The notes under the pieces were generated by a model. That model searched no databases and was not told the DNA's origin. It saw only the letters and a program-made list of their open reading frames with translations. A stretch of DNA of 64,000 nt from Eubacteriales bacterium (GTDB lineage Bacteria; Bacillota; Clostridia; Saccharofermentanales; UBA5734). The translations under genes were made by a program, and so were the position numbers. Shown piece after piece: positions 26,339 through 34,005 of the stretch; the first letter of the stretch is position 1, and every line of letters begins with the position of its first letter. Location: the NCBI GenBank assembly GCA_028685755.1, contig JAQUDJ010000007.1, positions 8,680 through 72,679 of the forward strand, read 5' to 3'.

Positions 26339-27397
26339 TCATACTTTCTCCCTGTTCCATGTATAAGACGTGTATCGGCCGCCACCGATTTTGAGGATGT
26401 CGTTGCTCTTCAGAAGTTCATTCAACGCCCGCTGGACGGTAATCTGACTGACGTCCGGGCACTTTTGCATAATCTCTGTTCTGGTGATGGCACCTAAGGT
26501 CGCCTTGATAATTTCCCGGACACGCTCTGGTTTGGAAAATCCGCTGGTCGTCAGATACTGCACACGGGATGCAAAGTCCCGGTACGCCGCGACGATTACA
26601 CCTAACAGGTAACGGACAAATGGCAGATAGTCGTTTGCTGCTTCGTGCCAGCCGGCAGAGCTTTGCTGCAGGGTTTCATAATAGGTCTCTTTGGCCGTTT
26701 CTATCAATTTTTCGACACTGATGTATTTACCGACAATGTAACCGGCTCGATAAAGTAAAAGTAATGTTAACAGGCGGCTCATCCGGCCATTGCCATCCTG
26801 GAAGGGATGAATGCAGAGGAAATCGAGAATAAAAACCGGAATGAGCAGCAGGGGATCGAATGTGGGGTCTTTACCGGCTTCTTCCAGTGCCTTGCAGATT
26901 CGTTCTATGGCCTCTGATGTCTCCCAGGCAGGGACAGGTAGGAACCTGATGGTTTTATTACCAAGTGCGTCTTCTTCTTCAATCACATTGTCAGAATTTT
27001 TATAGATCCCAGCCATGCTTTTGCCGCTGAATTTGTACAAATCACGATGAAGCTGCAGGATCATGGACGGTCGGGGTGGGATATAGTCATGACTTTCATG
27101 AATCGTTGCCAGGACATCACGGTAACCAGCGATTTCTTCTTCGTTTCTATTTCTGGGCATGGTTTTAGCGAGAACGATTTTTTTCAGCCGCTCGTCAGAG
27201 GTATAGATGCCCTCGATTTTATTGGATGCCTCAGTGCTCTGGATTTTGGCAAGATCGACCAGTTGGGTCAGTACGTCGCTATTCGCCTCAATGAAGAGGT
27301 TTTGTTCACCCTTATATTCATGGATCTGCGCCACCAGAGCGACGATCTCTGGCGTGAGCAATGCGCGATAGATTTGATCGTAATGAAATTCACGCAT
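26339..27397 (-). CDS. fic: Fic/DOC family protein (class II, with internal inhibitory helix and C-terminal wHTH)
   Basis: Fic motif HPFQDGNGRMSRLL and N-terminal inhibitory motif SNKIEG (S-x-x-x-E-G). The C-terminus has an HTH-like segment (ITRTEIMQKCPDVSQITVQRALNELL). Confidence 0.9.
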   Translation of the reverse strand: MREFHYDQIYRALLTPEIVALVAQIHEYKGEQNLFIEANSDVLTQLVDLAKIQSTEASNKIEGIYTSDERLKKIVLAKTMPRNRNEEEIAGYRDVLATIHESHDYIPPRPSMILQLHRDLYKFSGKSMAGIYKNSDNVIEEEDALGNKTIRFLPVPAWETSEAIERICKALEEAGKDPTFDPLLLIPVFILDFLCIHPFQDGNGRMSRLLTLLLLYRAGYIVGKYISVEKLIETAKETYYETLQQSSAGWHEAANDYLPFVRYLLGVIVAAYRDFASRVQYLTTSGFSKPERVREIIKATLGAITRTEIMQKCPDVSQITVQRALNELLKSNDILKIGGGRYTSYTWNREKV

Positions 27398-27650
27398 ACA
27401 ACAACCTCATTTACAGTTCAATTTACTCATTATGAACATAATGAATAAGATTAACCCAATATCAGGATACTGCCAATTTAATCATCAGTCAAATCAATAT
27501 GATCATTTTGGATAAAATGAATAAGTTAATACGTGCTTGGCAGCGCAGAAATCGCATCGCTTGCGCAGGGTAATCGTGCCAATCGAGAGAGGACCATTTC
27601 CGTCAAACTTTAAAAAAGCGATATAATTTTGTGAAACAAGGAGACCTGAG

Positions 27651-28691
27651 ATGGTATCTATTGCTCGTAACAACCATTATGTTCCTCAACTCTATCTTAG
27701 GAACTGGAGTGCTGCGCCAGAAAAAGTGTGGCGATATCGCCTGTTAGTTTCACATGATAACGTTCCTTTATGGGATCACACATCAATAGTATCAACCGGC
27801 AGTTTCAATGACCTTTACACATATAGTGATGGGGATTCTGAATCGGATGAATTTGAACAATGGTTTAATACCGAGATAGAAATTCCAGCAAACAAGGTAA
27901 TTGCAAAGGTTGTTAACAACGAAATACTTTCGAAAAATGACTTCAACGTTCTATCAAAATTTGTAGCCGCTCAACTTGTGCGTACTCCGGCCAGACTGCA
28001 CAAACAACTAGGATTTTACAAAAACGAATTATCTGCAACCATTGATGATGCACTTGCACGAGCAGTTAAAAAGTTGGAAATGAAGATAGAAAAAGGTGAG
28101 TCAATCAAGGAAGATAACGAGGTTGATGCCGCTCGTTACATTCCAACAAAAGTCACAATTAGTAAAAATCCTGATAATGAGGAAGCCTGGATTAAGTATG
28201 AAACTATACTGGGGCGAGGAGTCTGGCTATATGAAATCCGACATATAGTAGACAAAACAAGTCGGGTTCTATTGAATCATCATTGGCAAATAATAAAAGC
28301 AGCTCCTGGAGCAAAATGGTGCACAAGTGACGATCCTGTAATATGTCTCAACTATTGTGGATTAAATAATTATGACTTTGGAGGAGGTTGGAATAGACAT
28401 AACTCTGAAATTATATTACCACTTTCTCCAAAACACATATTATATACAAAGGTCGGCTCATCGACTGATGACAAAATCCTGCAAGAGAATCCATTTTATA
28501 CGTTTTTATTTCAAAAACTAATAATTGAGCATGCGTATCGAAACATCTTTTCATATAGTGCGTTTGAAAGCATTTCAAAATACAGGCAGCGAGTCGTGAA
28601 TTCAGACATTTTCAATTTTGAGAAGGATGCATGGACAAAATGGTATGCTGAGCAAACGGAGGCTGAGCTAGCCTTAAAAAATAAACAATAA
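27651..28691 (+). CDS. DUF4238-family protein
   Basis: 346 aa. Hallmark N-terminus NNHYVPQLYLRNW, central FVAAQLVRTPARL, and C-terminal W.II.A..GAKWCTSDDPVI. AAGGAG ribosome-binding site and an upstream TATAAT (27622-27627). Confidence 0.75.
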   Translation: MVSIARNNHYVPQLYLRNWSAAPEKVWRYRLLVSHDNVPLWDHTSIVSTGSFNDLYTYSDGDSESDEFEQWFNTEIEIPANKVIAKVVNNEILSKNDFNVLSKFVAAQLVRTPARLHKQLGFYKNELSATIDDALARAVKKLEMKIEKGESIKEDNEVDAARYIPTKVTISKNPDNEEAWIKYETILGRGVWLYEIRHIVDKTSRVLLNHHWQIIKAAPGAKWCTSDDPVICLNYCGLNNYDFGGGWNRHNSEIILPLSPKHILYTKVGSSTDDKILQENPFYTFLFQKLIIEHAYRNIFSYSAFESISKYRQRVVNSDIFNFEKDAWTKWYAEQTEAELALKNKQ

Positions 28692-28723
28692 TCATTAAAT
28701 CAAGCAAATCGAAAGGTTTTTGT

Positions 28724-29593
28724 ATGGATACTAACGATATAGCCACAGAAATAATGCTTGGATTTAATACCCTTCGCGATGCTAAGCAACGAATTGTATA
28801 TCTAAATAGATTTTTCATGGATCAAACCAAGAAAGAATTTGTAGAATTATTGAAACGCACATTCACAAATAGCGAAATGATTATAAGAAAGGGAACATCG
28901 TTTTTTAGAGCCAGGTCGATTGGCACATATAATAACGGGATATTGCACGAATCAAACGAAGTCTTAGCACATATGATGGCGTCGTGGAAAAAGGGTAAAA
29001 GGTTTAAAGGCTTCACAGCGAAGGACTCATTTGTCAAACCAGATGGATTTAAACCTTCGACAGGGAGAACTACTCTAAGTTATATGAAATGCCTCTACGT
29101 TGCAGAATCGGCGCACACGGCTATAGCTGAAATTAGGGCTGTTATTGGCGAATTCATTAGTGTGGCAAAAATCGCTAATGATTATGATCTGAAAGTTGTA
29201 GATCTATCAAAGACTGCAGGTATAAATTATATGGCAGAAAATCTGTTTGATGAAACATTTAGAAATTTACTTGGAGTTGAATTTTGTTCACCAATTAGGG
29301 ACAATGATGAATATGTCTTTTTACAGTATATCAGTGAACTGGCGAAGTTATTGGGATATGACGCGATTCGATTTTCGAGCTCTGTTGATACAGAAGGATA
29401 TAATCTTTCAATTTTTAATTATTCAAAGTGCAGGGCGGTTAATTCGAAAATACTTATCCCGTCAAAAATCAAATACGATTTTTATGAATACCTGCCAGAT
29501 GTGACTCAGACTGAGGATGATAACATTAAAATGATTGGCGAAAAAATGCATGAAAGCATAACTTACTTCATGAAGAATGCAAAATTGCCATAA
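28724..29593 (+). CDS. RES-domain protein (putative NAD+-targeting toxin/effector)
   Basis: 289 aa. The R-E-S signature is in the expected order and context: FFRARSIG ; GRTTLSYMKCLYVAESAHTAIAEI ; GYDAIRFSSSVDTEGYNLSIFN. It starts 32 nt downstream of the DUF4238 gene. Confidence 0.7.
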   Translation: MDTNDIATEIMLGFNTLRDAKQRIVYLNRFFMDQTKKEFVELLKRTFTNSEMIIRKGTSFFRARSIGTYNNGILHESNEVLAHMMASWKKGKRFKGFTAKDSFVKPDGFKPSTGRTTLSYMKCLYVAESAHTAIAEIRAVIGEFISVAKIANDYDLKVVDLSKTAGINYMAENLFDETFRNLLGVEFCSPIRDNDEYVFLQYISELAKLLGYDAIRFSSSVDTEGYNLSIFNYSKCRAVNSKILIPSKIKYDFYEYLPDVTQTEDDNIKMIGEKMHESITYFMKNAKLP

Positions 29594-29667
29594 TCTTAAC
29601 CCACTATATCAGCAAGTAGTATCACGATAATCTACATATTCTTTTTTCTAATATAGCTGGCCCGCAC

Positions 29668-29739
29668 CTATATATTAATAGAAGAATGTTCAAGATGCTC
29701 CCGAACAATTTTTAGTTTGATTTCTCTGGTCTTTTTCAT
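29668..29739 (-). pseudogene. Possible IS3-family OrfA (HTH) N-terminal remnant, 23 codons
   Basis: Translates to MKKTREIKLKIVREHLEHSSINI*, resembling the ..EFKLKIVKEYLEG.. start of IS3/IS150 OrfA proteins. It lies between the RES gene and tRNA-Ser. This is a short match only. Confidence 0.3.
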
Positions 29740-29746
29740 AAATGAA

Positions 29747-29790
29747 TTACCCCCGAAAATTATACTCTGCAGTACAACTTTCGGGGGTAA
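29747..29790. terminator. Hairpin downstream of tRNA-Ser (TTACCCCCGAAA ... TTTCGGGGGTAA)
   Basis: A perfect 12-bp stem (29747-29758 and 29779-29790) with a 20-nt loop. The flanking T-runs are weak. Confidence 0.4.
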
Positions 29791-29802
29791 TTTCACTTTC
29801 AT

Positions 29803-29892
29803 TGGCGGAGAGAGTGGGATTTGAACCCACGGTACGCTCACACGTACGCCGCATTTCGAGTGCGGTGCCTTCGGCCGCTCAGCCATCTCTCC
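29803..29892 (-). tRNA. tRNA-Ser (anticodon CGA), CCA encoded
   Basis: The minus strand reads GGAGAGATGGCTGAGCGG...CCGCACTCGAAATGCGG...long variable arm...GTGGGTTCAAATCCCACTCTCTCCGCCA. It has a 7-bp acceptor stem, a GTTCAAATC T-loop, and an anticodon loop CTCGAAA. Confidence 0.95.
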
Positions 29893-29905
29893 AGATTCCT
29901 TGTGG

Positions 29906-29934
29906 ATTATAGCCGAGAGCGGCTTCATAGTCAA
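29906..29934 (-). promoter_or_regulatory. Consensus sigma-A promoter for tRNA-Ser
   Basis: Minus strand: TTGACT (29934-29929), 17-nt spacer, TATAAT (29911-29906). The tRNA 5' end lies 13 nt downstream. Confidence 0.6.
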
Positions 29935-30050
29935 TCCAAGCGGTCATTTTGGACAGTTTTTGACGGTTTGGGGCTAATGTGACCTTCTTGCAGAAGTCTT
30001 GAATACGAACCGTTATACTAGGCAAAGGAATCGCACCTGAGGAGTAGTAC

Positions 30051-30623
30051 ATGAACCTAAAAAACCATACTTTGCTTTGGACATTTACAGCTAGTTATTT
30101 CGTTTTAGTTTTCGTCAATATTCATTTGTCTTTCTTAGCATTTTTTTGCTTGATCACACCGTTTGTCTTGCTTTGGAAAGATCGCCGTAAGACATGGTGT
30201 CAATATTATTGCCCGCGTGCAAGTTTTTTTACGCGAATGACCGCCAAAAAAGCGAGCGATAAGCCCATTCCACGATGGCTTTTTTCCCCAAAGGTCAAGC
30301 AGGGCGTTGTGTACTATTTTTTATTTAATCTGATGATTATGGCCGCCTCGACTACACAAGTCGCCCTTGGTAAGATGGCGCCAATGCTCATGCCACGTTT
30401 TTTGATCCTCTTCCCGATCCCTGTGACATTGCCACAGCTCTTGACCTGGAACATGCCAATTTGGTCGACACATTTAGCGTATCGACTCCTGTCCATGATG
30501 CTCACAACAACTATTATCGGATTGTATTTAGGTTTTAAATACCGCTCCCGATCATGGTGCGCAATTTGTCCGGTCGCGACGCTGTCCGATCAGGCTCTCC
30601 AGAAACAAGCCGAAAAAGTCTAG
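30051..30623 (+). CDS. Membrane protein with two Cys-x3-Cys-Pro motifs (NapH/4Fe-4S-binding-like)
   Basis: 190 aa with 4-5 hydrophobic helices. It carries WCQYYCP and WCAICP motifs, as in polytopic 4Fe-4S binding proteins. Confidence 0.5.
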   Translation: MNLKNHTLLWTFTASYFVLVFVNIHLSFLAFFCLITPFVLLWKDRRKTWCQYYCPRASFFTRMTAKKASDKPIPRWLFSPKVKQGVVYYFLFNLMIMAASTTQVALGKMAPMLMPRFLILFPIPVTLPQLLTWNMPIWSTHLAYRLLSMMLTTTIIGLYLGFKYRSRSWCAICPVATLSDQALQKQAEKV

Positions 30624-30629
30624 TGTGAT

Positions 30630-32051
30630 TTACTTTGTCACTTGAATAGGGTTTAGTGTCGATATCGCCTCACTCAGCAGCAAAGTAAATCCTTCGGCAT
30701 TGATGGTCCCGGCGGCTAATTGTTCAAATGCTGGGCTTAACTGATTCGCAACCCATTCAGCAGGCAATGAATTCGTCCATATTCCATAGGTCTTGTTAGA
30801 CTTTGACCACAGCCACAAACTTTTAGCGAGTGGATTTTGCGGTTCGATTGTAAGCGAATTAAAGGCGGGAACACCGACAGCTGGATCTGCTAAGTATGCG
30901 TGACCCTTAACTGTTTCGGCCATGGCACGTAGATAATCAAGTGCCTGCTGCTGATTTGGACTCTCCCGATTCACGACATACCAGCCACTCGCTTGTGCAA
31001 AAACGCCATTTGTTTCTGGTAAAAAAGCGGGAAGCGGGGCGAATCCGCGATCGAATTGTGCACCCATTGATTCAAGTGTCAGATCGATCCGGTATGAATC
31101 CTGTATAAAGACCGCTTTACCCTCAGCAAATGCTTGTAACTGATCCGAGTAATTTCCTTTTTGCAGAAGATTGGATTCAGTGTTTGCCATGATCAACTCT
31201 ACAAATTGCGCATATTGGCTCAAGCGTGAGGCTTCAAACTCGCCGCGCAGAACTTGGTCTAGGACCATGTTATTATCACGTTGCAGGCCATTACTCAGAT
31301 AGGCGTTAAAATTCGCGAGGCTACTGATCCAGCCCATGCCATTTTCGACCGAAACTGACATGGCAAAAACGGAGTCGATACCCAAGTCAGCCTTTTGTGA
31401 ATTTAATGATTTACAGGCGTCTTGTAATGCAAGAAAATGCTTTAGTTGTGCTGGATCAATACCTGCTTTCATGAGCAAATCTAAATTGTAAATGAGACCA
31501 TAGCCTTCAATGGAAGTTGGAAATCCGATGACACGTCCCAAGTCATCGTGATAGGCGTATTGTGTGTTTTGAACCCAGGATTCGCTCGACAAATCAAGCG
31601 CTTGGTTTTGCCACTGGCGCATTTGTGCTGGGCTTTCGAGTAAAAATATATCCGGGAGTTGACCATTGGCATCAAGTTGAATGAGGGTTTGATCATAATC
31701 AGCATTTCCACTGATTGTCATGATTTGGATCGGTTGACCCACTTGCTCTGAATAATCTTTTGTATAGGCTTCGAGTCCTTCAGCCGTATCTAATCGATTG
31801 TGAATCAAGGTCAGTGCCAAAGGGGGTATTTGATCATTTTGATTAACCATGGCAAGTTCGGCAGGATTCGTAGTCTGCCCATTCGCAGCTAATTGCGCCT
31901 TTTCTTGCTCAAGGATTAGGTCGGGATTCGGCATGCTTGAGAGGCCGATTAATATCGCTATGAAAAGCACCCCGAATATTATCAGGGCGAAGCGCATTTT
32001 CGGGTTTTGGGCTGAGTTCTTTTTTGCTTTTGCAACGCCAATTTGTGGCAT
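30630..32051 (-). CDS. Extracellular solute-binding protein family 1-like, N-terminal TM anchor
   Basis: 473 aa with one N-terminal TM helix (FALIIFGVLFIAILIGL). The remainder looks like a sugar-type SBP fold. It is separated from the upstream permease genes by a terminator. Confidence 0.6.
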   Translation of the reverse strand: MPQIGVAKAKKNSAQNPKMRFALIIFGVLFIAILIGLSSMPNPDLILEQEKAQLAANGQTTNPAELAMVNQNDQIPPLALTLIHNRLDTAEGLEAYTKDYSEQVGQPIQIMTISGNADYDQTLIQLDANGQLPDIFLLESPAQMRQWQNQALDLSSESWVQNTQYAYHDDLGRVIGFPTSIEGYGLIYNLDLLMKAGIDPAQLKHFLALQDACKSLNSQKADLGIDSVFAMSVSVENGMGWISSLANFNAYLSNGLQRDNNMVLDQVLRGEFEASRLSQYAQFVELIMANTESNLLQKGNYSDQLQAFAEGKAVFIQDSYRIDLTLESMGAQFDRGFAPLPAFLPETNGVFAQASGWYVVNRESPNQQQALDYLRAMAETVKGHAYLADPAVGVPAFNSLTIEPQNPLAKSLWLWSKSNKTYGIWTNSLPAEWVANQLSPAFEQLAAGTINAEGFTLLLSEAISTLNPIQVTK

Positions 32052-32112
32052 GCGAGCTCCTTGTTTTGCGTACGTAATCTTTTCTCATGCTTTTCGAATC
32101 TTATTATCAACT

Positions 32113-32148
32113 AAAACCCCCGACCAGTCTATGTAAACCGTTCGGGGG
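32113..32148 (-). terminator. Rho-independent terminator after the ABC permease genes
   Basis: CCCCCGA (32117-32123) pairs with TCGGGGG (32142-32148). On the minus strand the hairpin is followed by TTTT. Confidence 0.5.
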
Positions 32149-32193
32149 CTTATTTGGGGGACGATTAGTGGTGTTTAAAAGTGTTGGAATTGA

Positions 32194-33030
32194 TTATTTG
32201 ATGGATCCTGACATGACACCTTTGATAATTTGTTTTTGAGCGATCATATAAACCACCATCATCGGCAATATAGTCAGAAGTAATGCAGGGATTAGAAGCT
32301 CCCAGTTGTCCATGTACGTGCCATTGAAGACTTTCATTTGAATCGGCATAGTCAGTAAATAGTCTTTCGTCAAAATCAATGAGGGTAACAAATAATCATT
32401 CCAAATCCACATGGCGTTCAAAATTAACAACGTGACAGCGGTCGGTCGGAGTATTGGCAAAACGATTAAGAAGAATGTTTGCTTACTTGTACAGCCATCA
32501 ATGAATGAAGCTTCTTCAAGCTCATATGGAATTGACTTTAAAAAACCATGAAAGATAAAGACAGACATGGCGCTCCCAAATCCGCCATACAGCAGGACAA
32601 GGAGTGGCACGGGGAACGCGTCAATTAAATGTAATTTTGCACCATAAATGATCAGCATGGGGATCATCAGGGACTGGAACGGAATGATCATCGACGCGAC
32701 CAAGACTGAAAAGAACGTATTGTTGAAGGCAGTTTTGTTGCGAACCATATGATAAGCCGTCATTGCAGATGTAACAATGATCAATGCTACGCTCGTCACG
32801 GAGATGATTAAACTATTTGTGAGAGTCGTTAAAAAGTTCATCTTAACGATTGCATCAGCAAAATGATTGAAGCTGAATGAAGTCGGTAGTGAAAATGGAT
32901 TTTCGAGGATCTCCCAGTTACCTTTAAACGAATTTACGATCATAAGGAAAAAAGGGAATATAAAGAGGATAAAGGTGACAGTCAACAGCAGATAGATCAG
33001 GGTGTTAGCAATTAATTTACTCTTTTGCAT
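32194..33030 (-). CDS. Carbohydrate ABC transporter permease (MalG/BPD_transp_1 type)
   Basis: 278 aa with 6 TM helices and an EAA loop (ELEEASFIDGCTSKQTFFLIVLPILRP). Confidence 0.9.
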   Translation of the reverse strand: MQKSKLIANTLIYLLLTVTFILFIFPFFLMIVNSFKGNWEILENPFSLPTSFSFNHFADAIVKMNFLTTLTNSLIISVTSVALIIVTSAMTAYHMVRNKTAFNNTFFSVLVASMIIPFQSLMIPMLIIYGAKLHLIDAFPVPLLVLLYGGFGSAMSVFIFHGFLKSIPYELEEASFIDGCTSKQTFFLIVLPILRPTAVTLLILNAMWIWNDYLLPSLILTKDYLLTMPIQMKVFNGTYMDNWELLIPALLLTILPMMVVYMIAQKQIIKGVMSGSIK

Positions 33031-33923
33031 TATGCTTCCAACTCCTTCTTCTTACCGTAGTAAACTTGGACGCCCGAAACGACAGCAACAATCACAAATA
33101 GGAAGATTGCCTGAGCTTGGCCGACGCTGAATTTGTTCTGTGTAAAAGCTTTAGCAACGATGTGCATCGAAGCCATTATTGTACTGCCCGCTGGACCACC
33201 AGCAGTCAAAGCGTAGTTAATATCGTATACCATAAAGGCACTTTTCAAAGTCATAAAGATGGTGACAACAAATGCGGGGACCATCAAGGGCAGTGTGATA
33301 TGAATGAGTCGTCTGAGGCCAATGGCACCATCGATGCGGGCTGCTTCGATGACGTCATTCGGAATACCAATCAAGCCAGCAATGAAAATAATCATCATGT
33401 AGCCGCCGAGTTGCCACACCGTCACGATGACGATCGCGAGAAAAGCTAAATCCTTGTCGCCAAGCCAGCCTAATCGGAGCAATTCAATCTGCAGACTTTC
33501 ACCAATTGCTGGCAAGGACGAGACAAAAATAAACCGCCAGATATAACCGAGGACAAGCCCACCGATCAAATTTGGCGTAAAGAGTGCTGTTCGGAAAAAG
33601 TTTTGACCCTTAAGACCAGATGTCACGAGTGAGGCTAGGCTAAATCCAACCAAATTAACAAAAAAGATGCTGGCGATTACATACTTGATCGTCAACACCA
33701 TTGCTGCCCAAAATTTCTTGTCTGCAAATGCTTTTACGTAATTTTCGAAACCGACAAATTTTAACGGTTTAGTTAATGCCATCACGTTCGGCATGTCGGC
33801 AAATGTGAGCACCAAGCCGTAAATAAACGGTGCCAGTATTGCCATTGTAAACACGATGATCGTTGGCAGGGTAAAAAACAGCTGGTCGCCAATTTTTTGC
33901 TTTGTGTTTGGTTGTAAACTCAT
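33030..33923 (-). CDS. Carbohydrate ABC transporter permease (MalF type)
   Basis: 297 aa with an EAA loop (VIEAARIDGAIGLRRLIHITLPLMVP). Its stop overlaps the next gene's start. Confidence 0.9.
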   Translation of the reverse strand: MSLQPNTKQKIGDQLFFTLPTIIVFTMAILAPFIYGLVLTFADMPNVMALTKPLKFVGFENYVKAFADKKFWAAMVLTIKYVIASIFFVNLVGFSLASLVTSGLKGQNFFRTALFTPNLIGGLVLGYIWRFIFVSSLPAIGESLQIELLRLGWLGDKDLAFLAIVIVTVWQLGGYMMIIFIAGLIGIPNDVIEAARIDGAIGLRRLIHITLPLMVPAFVVTIFMTLKSAFMVYDINYALTAGGPAGSTIMASMHIVAKAFTQNKFSVGQAQAIFLFVIVAVVSGVQVYYGKKKELEA

Positions 33924-34005
33924 ATGTCACCTCATAAGTGGATGAAAGGGATGGATGGATTTTGAAGTCCATCCATCCCAAGCAATAACCAGGGGTTGTT
34001 CGTTC

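Noticed and set aside
29668-29934. 88-aa ORF on the minus strand
   Set aside because: Most of it is the tRNA-Ser gene and its promoter and terminator read as protein. Only its last 23 codons, which have their own ATG, were considered separately as possible IS debris.
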